From NCBI GenBank assembly GCA_951406725.2, contig OX597834.1, positions 17,670,001 through 17,734,000 on the forward strand: 64,000 nucleotides of DNA, given 5' to 3'. A program made the translations under genes and the position numbers. Numbering within the stretch: the stretch's first letter is position 1; each line of letters begins with the position of its first letter. This document shows, one piece after another, positions 1 through 12,818 of the stretch. Source of the DNA: Octopus vulgaris (Eukaryota). The notes beneath the pieces were generated by a model, which saw only the letters and a list, made by a program, of their open reading frames with translations, was not told the DNA's origin and did not search any database.

Positions 1-59
1 CAAAGTTGACCCTGGCAGCATTATTAAGGGAGAATATTAAATTGATAAATGTTACTTTC

Positions 60-243
60 AAATTTTGGCTCTGAGAGAAGGATTAAGTCAATTCCATTGA
101 CCAAAGTGTCCAACTGGCACTTATTTTATCAAGCCTAAAAGGGTGAAATGCAAAGTCAGAATTTGAACTTGGAATGAAAAGATGGACGAAATGCCGCTAA
201 GCACTTTTCCCAGCATGCTAATGACTCTGCCAGTTTGTCACCT
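60..243 (-). mobile_element. tRNA-derived SINE (Meta/MESC-domain-like family), degenerate
   Basis: The reverse complement matches the family seen many times in this window: head ggcgagctggcagaatcgttagc, B-box-like gagttcaaatt, then ctttcatcc...gataaaataagtaccag. Confidence 0.75.
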
Positions 244-1399
244 GAAATTGGTAAATATTAACATGATTAAAATTGTAAATTATAAGTCCAATCAAATAAA
301 AATTTTAATTTGAAATTATCTTGAAAAAAATTCATTTTGAAATTCTAAATAAATCTATCATATATATATGTAGAATGTGATTGATGTATTTTAAATACTA
401 GTGTACTAGTGTTTGTATGTGTGTGTATGCATGTTAAGTGTAAGTACCAAGTTACGAGTGGACATTTTAAAAGTCACACTAATATTGTAAAAAGGTTGAA
501 TACTGTTTAGAGTTCCTTGCAAGTAATTTTATAAATGCAAATTGTTCGTTACAAATATTTGTCTGTACAAGACTAATGGTAGAGATATATCTTTGGATAT
601 TAAAATGCAATGTAAGGAGTAAAGTATAAAGAAAAGTTGTATTAAATCTTAATTTTAGTATCAATATTTAAAATTTACCCGCTAAATTTTGATAATCACA
701 AGCAGAAACATAGCTTTAATTGTTATATGTAAGCCCTTCCACTGAGATGCACTATATACTTCTGCTAAATGTTTATAAATATAGGGCAAAGCATTTTATA
801 TAAATGATATATATTTGGAAATATTAGACTATATCAGTATGCAAGACAGTATGTTGGTATTTTAAGTAACATACACTTGCCAATATATTTGTAAATTGGA
901 TAGCATATATACATAAGACCATACAAAATAACTATGGCATTTATAGTGCATGCACATATGTGAACTTAAATATATAGAAACATGCTCAAATGTGAACTTA
1001 CATGCAAGCATAGAAAATGCATAAATGTATGTAAATATACAAGCAGAACTATATTTAAATGCATACACACACATACAAACACTTGTACCCTAGTATTTAA
1101 AATCCCTCAAACACATTCTACATATATATAATAGATTATATTATAATAATTATATAAACAGAACTATCCATACAAATGTATAGCATAATATATACAGTCA
1201 TTATGGTATAACTCGTAAATGTAGATAAAATAAAACAAAGTATTGTAAAGACATAGATAAGGTCACAAAGTTTCTTAATCTGGTAAAAGATAGATATACT
1301 GCTTATCATAATGTTGGAAGAAAAAATGGTTAAGAAAGTGTTGTTTATTTGAGGAAAGTAATAATTTATCTATTTGTAAATTGTAAGTGTATTTTTGGT

Positions 1400-2360
1400 T
1401 TTTGTATGTTCAGTGTCTACATGAGATTATTTTAAAATGTTTATTAAGAAGCTTTAGTTCAGAGAATAAAAATTAATATAAATCAGTGGTGCAAAATTGA
1501 CAAGGTTTTTTTTTTTTTTGTGCTGATAGTATGTTTTGGCATGCAAGAGGATTTTCCATGAGATATTGTACAGGATGTTGGGAACTTTTGAGTTCCATGT
1601 ATATTCACATAGGGAAATAATTGTTGTGCTATCTAATCTAATTTAAAGGAGTTTGCTGTATGAAGAAGTATTACAACATGGATATTGGAGAGAAAGAGGT
1701 TGTTCAGAGAGGGTGGATTGAGAGATGGAAAAGGTAAGGGGTGTGGTTAATATGAATAGTAGTGAGACAGTTTCCTTGTTGAGGGTACAAATTTTTGTGG
1801 TTGCAAATCAGTTACCAGTTATTTGAATTAAGTTTATCTGGTTTTGGGGTTTTTTTTTATTGCTGAGAGGTGCTAGTGAGAAGTTGTGGGTGACAGAATA
1901 GGAGATTTTTATGTTGTTTTTATTCAGAAGTTTGTGATATTTGTGATTAGGTGGGAAATGTTTTGCAAAAGTCAAAAAATGTTTTAGCTATAGAGGTTTT
2001 TACTCTTAAATTATGTGGCAGATTATATCAAATTATGTTTCTTTTCCTGCTTCTGTGTTGAGATTGGAGGTTTGTTGTGGTTCCTGTGCTTGAATTCAAT
2101 CATATAATCACTTTTCAGAGCTTGATTGAAATGATGTGCATGTTCTGAGAGATTTTGAGTGATATGTAATGGATGAGATTATTTGCGGTTTTTTCTGGTG
2201 TAAAGAGAGTATGTGAAGGTATTATATTTTTTAGTTGGTTTTCTGTATGGGAAGTACGTTTAATTATCCAGGTGGATTTCATCAGTAATTTTAAAGTTGA
2301 ATAATCCTTTTCTGAATTTATCTTTTTTTTGTTTACCACAGTGTTTATGGATGATGAGAG
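1400..2360 (-). mobile_element. Penelope-like retroelement, degenerate 3' part (linker and GIY-YIG endonuclease region)
   Basis: Manual minus-strand translation gives RKRNII*YNLPHNLRVKTSIAK, KHFPPNHKYHKLLNKNNIKISYSVTHN and KPCQFCTT..LLNKHFKIISCRH. These match the PLE motifs IIWFNPP, KHFP..H.LHK.FN.N..K.SYSC and C..C....LNKR.E....CRH. Many stops and frameshifts. Confidence 0.8.
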
Positions 2361-5300
2361 CATTACCTTTATAAAGACTTACAACTATACAGGGTCATTT
2401 TTTAGTTAATAATTTTAAAATATACAAGCAAATATTAAATGATGGTGATGATAATGATGATAAGCTAAGAAGGTCACTGACTTCAGTGGAATCCTTTGAA
2501 CTAAAGTCAAAAGGCTTGATATTCTGTTCTTTTTTTACCAATGTCATGTTATGAGAAAATAATATAGATTTTATTGCTTGTAGGATGGTTTCAACACCCA
2601 TTGACTTCCAGAGCACTATTACTTACTTCTACATTGTTGATTGCATCATTGAATTTTTTTTTTTTTTGGTGATTCAAAGATAGCAACAGCATATATCAAA
2701 TTGAAAAAGTAACTTTCATTTATATTATAGACAGCTGTAAACTATCCAGTTACAGAAGAGCTATTGTTCCAAAGTGGTAATAGAAACTGCTGTTAAATCT
2801 TAGAGATACTGCAATCTATGGTAGATGTACTAGTCTAGATATACTAGTCTAGTGATATGCATGTGTGCACACGTATGGCAGGTGTGTATATCTATCTATC
2901 CATTCATAAATACATGCATACATATCTCCCCGCTCCACATGACCATTCTTTTCCAAGGGAAAAACAAGACCAAAGCTACTTGGCACCAATGTCATTAGAG
3001 GCATAACCTTCAGAATGCAAGGATTTGGAACAGTACAAAATATAGTGTCTGATTCTCTAACAACTCTGTCAATATTTTGCCTGGGATGAATAGCAAAATT
3101 GTGTATATGTATGTGTGTGTATATATGTGTTTATGTATGTATATTATGGTTGTTATGCCTTTCATCATAAATCTGCTTGATCAGGGTTAAATAACCTGTG
3201 GTTAAATAACAACAGATATTGTTTGTTTGTCTTTAGGCAAGAATGGCCACTTCTTCAAATATAATGTTTTAATATAGGAAAGTGAGGTTACATTTTAAAT
3301 CCAGAATAGTGAAGCAACAGAACAGATATATACAGTAAGTCTTATGACCCTCTACATCACTTAAGTCAAGTAGAGGGATATTAAATTTAACACATCGTAA
3401 ACTGCGTGAAGATATACAAAACTTGGTTTTTAAATATACAAACATTATCTCTATGTTTGAAAAATCTACCATTATCACAATGAAAACAATGTACTTGTTT
3501 CTAAATTCATGTAATGCTGAACAATAATGATAACTTCCGGTGCCAACTTGAAAATATATTCTCAAGTGGGTTTCTCTGCCTATCTCTGTTAGTGTCAAGG
3601 ATTGAAAAATCAACTCAGAGATGAAAAAACAAAACAAAAGAAAACAAAGAATACTGAGAATGTGAGATTATTTATCTGTTTGGAATAAAGTGGTATCATG
3701 TTATGAGTCATATTACCATTCCACAAAGAATTCTTGATCATATTAATTTCAGTATAGACATGAAAATTCACAGGAATTAATGATGATGATGATGAAAATA
3801 ATAATAAAAATAGTTGTTGCTATTTTTCTCTTTCATTAGAATATATTCACTTTCCTACAATTGTTATCTAACTTAAATGTAATTTAATTATGGTAGACAT
3901 GTGATGTTAGTCTAAGTTTTACAGCTATTTGATAAGCATTCTTTGCGCTTGGTGTGTATATGTACAATGCATGTAATGTACGTGTATAATGTGTATTTAT
4001 GGGCTCATGTGCATGCATGCACACATCTTGCATCAAAATATTTTCTCTGTAGTATTGAATATATAACACTTTCTTTTGAATACTTATATATCCAATGAGT
4101 ACAATCTTCAGGAACTTATTTGCACAGGGTCTGCTATAAAACAGGCACGATCCTGGTTTCCATCCCACCCCTATATATTTATATCACTGTTGCTTCTTCT
4201 TCAGAGTGATTTCTCACATTGCCACAGTTTACTGGAGATGGTGTATTAATGATAAGTTTGCAATATCACAATCCCTGTAAAAGAAACTAATTTATGAACA
4301 ACTGTCAAAACATACAAATCCATTAAGTGGCTTTACAGTATTACATGATTTATTGCCAATATCTTTTTTTTTTTCTCATAGCTACAAACTACTATTACTA
4401 ACTGTACACTTCATTCCCTGAAAAGTGAGGGAATGCATCAAAAAAAAAGAAAAAAAAAGATAGTAGAGCACCAGTCTGATTGTTAGTATTTAGTATACAT
4501 AAGAATTGATTGGTATGCTCTTTAGAAGATTTTAGTTTCCAGAAAATCTGAACTTTGTTAGTCTGTATCTTGTAGAATACAGTTTTGTAAATGGTCAATA
4601 TTATGGAGCATGCTTGAGAGTTGTTACATTATCTCTTGATCCTTTTATATATGCTCAGGTAGATAAAATGAAACACATTGTATATCCTGACATACTAACA
4701 CAACAATGTTCAGAATTGTCATGGTTCTGATGGGTACAGATCTAACATCATGTAAGTTGGTGCTCATCACATATTTATTTAATTCTATGTTCACATTTAT
4801 ACACATATTGTTTTATCTTTTACGTTTTACTTGTTTCAGTCATTGGACTGTGGCCTTTCTGGGGCACCTGTACTTGCAACATATTTGTTAGTTATTAGTC
4901 AATGAAACAGAAGCAGTCACAAAGCTGCTGTTTAGCTCTTGATGCTGTAGCATTACACAGAAAAGAGATTAATACTCATATAGATTGAATGTCAGTTTTT
5001 CACACATAATACCTCAAAAGATCTAGTAGTAATTCCTCAAAATAAAATGAATTGAGATGGCTATATGGACACAGCAGAGCAATTTTTCTGCTATGAGCCG
5101 TAGCCCAACTCTTCATCTGCTCCAGCTAGTAATTTCTTACATTTTAAATTTTAATTATGGTTATGAAAATGATTATTATATAGCACTAGGAGTTGCAATT
5201 AAGCAAAGCAAAACATGTCCTCTGTGTGTATCAAAAATGTCAGCTGTTAATCCTGGTTTAATGGCAGTTGCTTAATCAAGCATGAAGCCTGACTAATAGA

Positions 5301-5459
5301 ATTTTCTTGTTTGGGGAGATAAGACAGTACTTGCAGTGACAGAAGTATCGATGATATGAATGTCAAGATTATGTTGTATTCATTTGGTGTAGGGCAGTGA
5401 ACTGGTTTATATACCTCTTCATTCTAATCTTATTGTGTGAACATTTCATTCTCTTGAGC

Positions 5460-5700
5460 TTTTCTTGCTTCATGCTCTTGCTTGATGGGGTTGGGGTCAT
5501 CCTAGGTTCGTGGTCCCAGAGATGTCATCATGCATAGAGCCAACCAAGTCTGCCTGTGCTCTCCATCACTGGTGGTCTCGTGCCAGTCTTTCTGCATCTT
5601 CCAAGATGATGTTGAACCTCTGGAGATCTTCCTCAATCATGTCCAGCCATCTGGTGTGGGGCCTGTCATGAGGCCTCTTCCAGCCCGCAGCTTCTTTGCT
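5460..5700 (-). mobile_element. RTE-clade LINE 3' end fragment
   Basis: Minus strand reads GWKRPHDRPHTRWLDMIEEDL...ARDHQ*WR, matching the RP.GRP..RW.D and DR..WR C-terminal motifs, followed by a (CAAG)-like tail. Confidence 0.7.
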
Positions 5701-6340
5701 AAATGAGACTAAAGTCCTAGTATCTTAAGTCTATTAACTATACATCTTTTGAAAAACAAGGTTGTTTTCATCACTCAGTTTCAATATCATATTAATAATG
5801 AGAGGTCAAAGAATTAAAGTATGGATAAATTTCTTAAACTTTGTGAAAATATAAATCTCAAGCAGACAGAAATACTTATATATCTAGATGCACCATTTAT
5901 TTTGTTCTCCAGGAGAGGAACAAGCAAAATACGAAATATAAAAATCTGTTTATAAATTTTACATAAAAATGAACTTTCATAAAGAAATTAAAAAAAAATG
6001 AATTCAATGAAAATAAAATCTCAATCTAGGATAACAGAAAGATATACGTATAAAAGTTAATGAGCTAAATATAATAAAAAAGGTTATTCAGAAGCAAAAA
6101 CCTGCTACAATAAAAGTTTGAGATAATTAAAAGAGCTAGAAGAAATAAGCAATGGATATAAAACAGAAACAACAGCTCCAGCCTTCGATAAAAATAGGAT
6201 TTGTATGGGAATCTTTGTTAGCACTAGAAACAAAAGATCATACAGAATAAATGACAAATATAGAAAAATCAGCTGATGAGAAAGTTGTATATGAATACTA
6301 ACCTAAACTCCGCTGCATTTGGAACACCGGTGTTCTAGAT

Positions 6341-6519
6341 CAGTGGTTCCCAACTTGGGGTCCACGGGCCCCTGGTGGTCTGCAAAGGTAGTACTGGGGG
6401 TTCGTGAACTAAATTCAAAATTTCATACATAAGGATAAGCATATTAAAAGGGGTCTGTGGGAAAGCTCATTTAAATAATAGAGTGTTGGGAACCACTGTG
6501 AAAAGGTTGGGAACCACTG
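6341..6519. mobile_element. hAT (Charlie/MER5-like) MITE
   Basis: TIRs cagtggttcccaac / gttgggaaccactg, with a perfect 8-bp TSD ttctagat at 6333-6340 and 6520-6527. The right TIR is internally duplicated (about 6485-6498). Confidence 0.9.
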
Positions 6520-6790
6520 TTCTAGATAAAGCCAAAAACTAAAATAACTACAACATTAATAACAAGTGATTGAGATAAAGCACATTAGGGTAGTTGTTCT
6601 GATTAGATTTTCTTCTGTAAATAGAGTAGCTTCCCCTTGTATTTGCTGCTCAATCCTGATTATTAATTTGCTTTCTTGATGACCATAACTTTTGGTTTTC
6701 TTAAGATCAAATTTCATTCTTGCCCATGTTGCCATGTGCTCAAGTGAAGTTAGCATGAATATTAATAATGAGTATGTAATTTTATAACAC

Positions 6791-6948
6791 ATTACGGAGT
6801 GGTTGGCGTTAGGAAGGGCATCCAGCTGTAGAAACACTGCCAGATCAGACTGGAGCCTGGTGCAGCCTCCTGGCTTCCCAGACCCCCGGTCGAACCGTCC
6901 AACCCATGCTAGCATGGAAAACGGACGTTAAACGATGATGATGATGAT
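6791..6948 (+). mobile_element. RTE-type 3' tail (short 5'-truncated copy)
   Basis: gagtggttggcgttaggaagggcatccagc...ggacgttaaacgatgatgatg is nearly identical to the 3' end of the element at 19293-20086. Confidence 0.85.
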
Positions 6949-7400
6949 TACATGTGATTTATGCTCATCTTGTCAGAAAATGGTCAAAAAGGAATGCAAA
7001 TGACACTTAGAAAATAAAATATACATAGTTGTGGAGAAAACATTGGGAGGCTCCTATATATGTATAATGAGGAAACTGACCTTGCACTGAACTCAGTGTA
7101 TTAGTGTGAACTGAACTCACACCAAACCTGTAAGTTGCCATAATGGCGGTTGGTTGAATTACTGTGTGTTGGTCTTGTTGCTAAAATGTGGTAGAGGTTT
7201 GATTCCCCTGCTCAAAATATATCAGATGCAGCTGTGCAGTGTTAACCAGCTAGAAGAGATGTCTTCTTGGGGTTACAAAATTGCACTAAAGTCTGTTTGA
7301 ACGAAAAACAAGAGTGCTTAGTACAATGAACAATACTGCCTAAGAATTGGGCAACAATTACATTACAACATCTGGCAACAAGATGTCAAGGATATAAAAA

Positions 7401-7401
7401 T

Positions 7402-7432
<31 letters not shown>

Positions 7433-7622
7433 TCTGTGTGTATATATGTGTGTGTGTATATATATATGTGTGTGTGTATATATATGTGTTTATGTGTGTG
7501 TGTATATATGTGTGTGTGTGTGTGTGTGTAAATGTAAGCCTGAATATCTTTCTGGATAGTTGTTACACTCTTCTCATCAATTTTCTCAATTTTCCTGTAT
7601 ATAAATTTACTACTACTTATAA

Positions 7623-7662
<40 letters not shown>

Positions 7663-7758
7663 GCACACGCACACACACTCATACACACACACACGTGTAT
7701 AAGGTGTGCCTATACTTTTATGCATAGATAAACACAAAGCTGATAATTCATTGATATA

Positions 7759-7789
<31 letters not shown>

Positions 7790-8170
7790 TGGAGAGAAAG
7801 AAAAAAGATATTGTTGGTTTCTTCCTTTGTCACCACAAACAAAAAGGAACAAAACAAAATAAACTATAGTTGTAGAGTGGATAATGCTAAATGTCAGATA
7901 AAACAGGTAAATTCAGGCAGTAAGTCCATCAGCTACAGCAAACGTATATCCTCATGTCATGCACGCATGCACACACACACACGCACGCACACACACACAC
8001 ACACGCATGTACGTATACACACACACACACACATACACACACACACGCATGTATACACACATGTACGTATACACACACACACGCATGTATACACACACAC
8101 GCATGTATACACACACACATGTATATACACACACACACGCATGTACGTATACACACACACACACATGCAC
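7401..8170. repeat. Compound microsatellite/minisatellite cluster: (TA)n, (TG)n, (CA)n, (GA)n and gcatgtatacacacac units
   Basis: Directly visible; it explains the overlapping low-complexity ORFs. Confidence 0.95.
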
Positions 8171-8887
8171 ATCTTGTACAACTTATGTTAACAGCAGTTC
8201 AAGATAAGAACTGACTTTTCTATCAATGCTCTCATATGGAAGTTTTCGGCTGGTGGAATATAGATCAGAAGGCCATCAGTAGATTAACATCATCATCACT
8301 ATCAGCATCATTATTCTCCATATACTCGCCTATAACAACTGCCTTTACCATCAACATCTTCACCGCCAACACCATCGATCTACACCTTTACCTTTACTTT
8401 TCTTGAAAACTGGTTCACAGATAAGGGGAGAAAAAAAAATTAAATACAAAAAAAAAATCTGAACTTGATCTTACACCTGTTCCTTTCTCCCCTCTTATCA
8501 CAGTCCAACGTTAAGAACTTTTTGCTATTAGATTAAAGGCATAAAAGTATTTAGTTTTGTTCTTTTGTTTCTGAGTTCAAATCTGACTGAGATTGACTTG
8601 CCTTTAAGCATCAGTCATACTGTAGAGGTGATTTAATTGATTAACCATTTCAGATTCAATTTCCAGCATTGTATTGTTGTCAGAAATTACTTCCCTACAA
8701 CTGGTTGCTTGTAGTATTGGTGGTGTCAATATTTTTAATTATAATACTTTTAGTTTTGTTTTGGTGACTTTTAAAATTTATTTAAAAGGTTACTGGTTAA
8801 CTGAACTTGAATGAAATTCATTGGAAACTATATATCATCTTATAAGTGCAGTGGGACAGTGGGTCTGTAATCAAAATTAATCTCTCT

Positions 8888-9049
8888 CATGCCTGTCACT
8901 AAGGGGGTACACTGAATGGCACTGCCCCCTCACTGTTCAGTGGTGCCCCTTCAGATTTACAGTGATGCACTTCAGCATTATTACAAATTAGTGTCCACCC
9001 AGAATATTCTGAAGCACCCTCAGGCCACCAAAGTCTGGCTGTGGGCTTG
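8888..9049 (+). mobile_element. Short hAT-like MITE, same family as 26707-26850
   Basis: Aligns along its length with the reverse complement of 26707-26850 (shared cagattta, gcattattacaaatta and cccagaatattctgaagcac). Ends are catgcc...gggcttg. Confidence 0.8.
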
Positions 9050-10639
9050 CTCTCCTTCTTCTTTTACATACGTACACATTATATTTATAAGAATGATAGT
9101 TAAAAGGCAAACACATGCAAGAGATGTTTATTTACAGATTATGAAGTTTTTCCCTTTCTTGCAGAAGAATCAATATACTTGAGGTGATTTTAGGCTTTCT
9201 CAATAGAATTTCATGAAATGTTTAGAAATGCAGAAATCTAGAAGTGCTACACAGGACAATATTGAAATCAATGAAGTAATATAAGTAAAGTGACTTTTAA
9301 AATGATATCATCTCAGAAAGTTAGAGAAAATTATTATCATCAGGAGCATTTCAGAAAAATTACGTGTTCCTTGCAGAGATGGAGCAAGGTAGTAAAAGTC
9401 TGTCATTACAAGCAGTATTTTCAATTGCTGAAGACATGATTTTTATTTAATTTGTATGTTTGTGATTTATTACATCATGTTCCATTTCTTAAACTCTTTA
9501 TTTTAATTTGTATTGGAATAAGACTAAAAGTACACACCTTTTCATAACCTCTATTTTCTGAGAGTACTAGATCCCTAGATGTTTTCATGGATGATATATA
9601 TATATATATATATATAGTTGTGTTAAAGGATTGTGACAGTGTGATGTTAACCATTTATGAGAGCATTAGCTAATTATGATGTGTCACATATCAATGAGGA
9701 ATCCTGTGACTAAGAAGGACAACAATCAAATTACAAAGAACTAGAGGTTTTTTGACAGAAAAATGCATTATCTTAAGATATTTTCTCAAGGGAGTGGCAT
9801 ACTCAGGAGTATTTGCAAATCTACCTAATGGCATGAAATGAACAAGTGCACAAACACACACACACATATATGCAACAATCACATTAATATAAAGATAAGG
9901 GTGGAATATTGTATCACTTCAAATAAGGAGGGGAAAATGTCTACTGCCTTGTTTAAGTGGTACAATGTGTGGAGAAGGTATCAATTTTTTCTGAAACACA
10001 TGATGTCATACCAGATAAAAACTTGGTAAATTCAGTTTCACTGCATGGTCTGAGTTCTTGCAAGCTTTTCAGTCTTGTAAAGAGATAAATATTTAACTGT
10101 AAATCACTCCAAAGCCAATTGTCAGCAATGCCTCAAGTCAGAGAATCATGCTGGTCCAAATTGTTTGAAATTACTGTGAATAACTCTATCCTTTGGTTGC
10201 TGGAAAATGTTAACTGAATTGAAGATTTGCAGAAGTGCATCACTTTACACAAATATTGAGTAATGAACTTTTCTCAGTCTCTGGCATTAAGGTGTCCCTG
10301 CAACAATTTAAGTTACATTCACTTTTGACTGCAAAATCAAAGTAAAATGAATGGATCCAACAATTCTTCAACAGATCTGTCTTCATAGTAATCTTTGAGT
10401 GCAGCAAAATTTTTACTTCAGCATGAGAATTTTCTTCAGTCACCCAGATGATTATTTTTATTAATGCATAATTTTTTTTAGAAAAATTGGTTCACAAAGT
10501 CTTTATAACAGATGTTTTTTAGGTCTAACTTCTATAACAGTATATATTTTTATCCTCTGTTCCTGAGAACTATGTTGAAACTGCTATTTATGTTACATCC
10601 TGTTGATGTTATGATCAGTACATAATACAAATATTATTA

Positions 10640-11100
10640 TTCTTCTGAGAGTGAATGCAATTCATAACTCTCTTGCTTATGTTTTGCCACTCATGTTTAT
10701 CTGTCCTTTGACATTATGAAACCTCTTGAAATACAATAGCATTATTACATTTTCATATTACTTCAACATTTACTCCATTTAGTGGATGCTTGTTGTCCCA
10801 CCTGAGTATAATATCTACATTTTTTCTCATTTTTGTGCATGAAGTATTATATTTCTATTTCCTGTTCATTGATCAAAAGGACATATGCCCCTAAGTGTGA
10901 ATTGATGTAATAATCACCAGTCCAAGATAACTTGCTTTGCTTTTTCTATACCAATGTTTCTAAGCTTTCAGACAATATTGTGAAGCATTGATTTCTGCTA
11001 TGCTTTAAGATGGTTCTAACCAGCTATTCTTGAGTGTACCTTTAATAACCCTTTGCAAATAGTCTCCAAGGAACACTTCCAACCTTCATAATTTTTCTTA
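10640..11100 (-). mobile_element. Possible highly decayed RTE-like LINE C-terminal fragment
   Basis: Minus-strand peptides RLEVFLGDYLQRV, KQSKLSWTG and DKHEWQNI loosely resemble the LE.F...LRRI, RKL.W.GH and DR..W motifs. Confidence 0.3.
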
Positions 11101-12163
11101 TGTATATAGACTTGCTGCAACAAGTCAAGTGGCCATATTGAGGCTTCTCATTGGCTAGGGTAATGTGTAAGTGCGTGTATGTATATCTATTTATTTTTAT
11201 TAGTTGTGTCTTTTCTTCTTCTACCTAAGAATAGCCATATGGTTAAAAAGTTCTTCGACAACCACCTGGTTCTGAATTTGATCCCACTAAACAGTGTAAA
11301 AAAATAGTTGATGGAGAAAAAGATGATATATTCGACCAGTGAGATACCTTCTAGTGGTGATTTGTGGGAGATTTTTTCTTGCATAATACTGTTAATAGGT
11401 TAACTCCTTCAGTCTTTGCTTTATTCAACTTGTACATAGTCTATTTCTTAATATTCTTATACAAACTGCTTATTTTTATGCATAGGGTATTTATGAGCTA
11501 ACAAGGGAGATTCTGCAAGGATGCTCAATCTGCTAGAAATTATAGCCCTACCTCCCTCAAATCTTGTAACTTCAAAATGGAAATACATATCAGATAAAAA
11601 GATAGAATGACACCCCTGCCTCAGCTGGAACACCTTTGATCATAGGTTTGCTTCACCAGATTGAGCTAAGGCAAAAAAAGGAGGCAAGCTCATTCCTAAT
11701 ATGAAAGAATACCAGTGGAACATCAGTGTTTTCTTTTGGTAGAAGTTTATGTCAATTTCTAGCTGTTATTGTATATTTCATAGATGTAAACTTAAGCAGG
11801 GTAAATACTTGGCTTTTTTCATTTTCCTAATTGCTGATGTCAGTAATTCTGAATTCAAGCTTCACTTGCTTCATGCAAATTTAAAAAAACTTACATCTCC
11901 TTTTATAAATGAAACATAGCTGATTTATATCTCCACTGAAATTACTTGTAATATCGAGCTACCTTCATATCAATTCACCCATCTGGTTACTTTTTGTAGA
12001 GTTGTCAAGTTAATTAATTTCTAAATTTTATTGACAAGATATTATCTTCTCATAAATATGAATAAACATGGAAACTTACTGAATTTCAACACAATGTCAC
12101 TGTAATATTGGGTGATAAAAATTTAGCTGATTATTTCTATTTGGTACACAGGCTATATGGTTG

Positions 12164-12818
12164 GGTGGAATTCTGCTTTAAGCACCCATATAATCACTCA
12201 TAACTTTTTCACTTTTTGGAATTTTCAGAAAATTTTTGCACGTTTGTGTTTGACAAGAAGGTGTGACTACTTTTAAGAAAGTTATCCCCTGCCAAACACG
12301 AAAAATACTGTAAGTAATTTCTGGGTTATTTCCTTTCATCAGCACAGAATAATTGTTCAGTTAGAATTCATATAATCTTATGAGTTCCTGCACACAGGAA
12401 TTCATACGATTATATAAAATTTTTTTTGTGTGTGATTTAAGAGCAATTTAGTTGTTATTTTTAGCACATCTCATAACCACCTGATACTTTCCTCATATCT
12501 TTTCCACTCTAACATGTATTGATGTTTTTCAATATTTTTTGCCCCATAAACACATTTAATGGCATGATGATGCACCCAAGGGAGAAAAAAATTCATACTG
12601 TCCATATTTTAAACTCTAATTTTTAAAAAATGGTTTTGAAAAAAGTGAAGCTTCCAGGATTTATGAGAGCAGGGAAGGGTTAAAAAAATTAAGAAAAATA
12701 TCTTGTTTCATTATCATGTGAATTCCCGTGTGTAGAACATCAGTTCACAAAAATTTTCTGAAAACCCCAAAACTTAAAAAAAAATCATGAAGGGTTATAT
12801 GGAGCGCTTAATTCCACC
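12164..12818. mobile_element. Non-autonomous DNA transposon with long imperfect TIRs
   Basis: Left ggtggaatt..aagcacccatataatcactcataacttttt..ttttcagaaaatttttg mirrors right caaaaattttctgaaaa..tcatgaagggttatatggagcgcttaattccacc. A further inverted pair lies at about 12380-12410 / 12713-12742. TSD not clear. Confidence 0.75.

Noticed and set aside
3269-4275. Minus-strand ORFs and acceptor-led blocks (e.g. DCDIANLSLIHHLQ*) as terminal exons
   Set aside because: No recognisable homology and no consistent upstream exon chain.
7363-8214. Overlapping ORFs of 70-164 aa rich in H/T/C/V/Y
   Set aside because: They are translations of (CA)n/(TG)n/(TA)n repeats that lack stop codons, with no coding signal.
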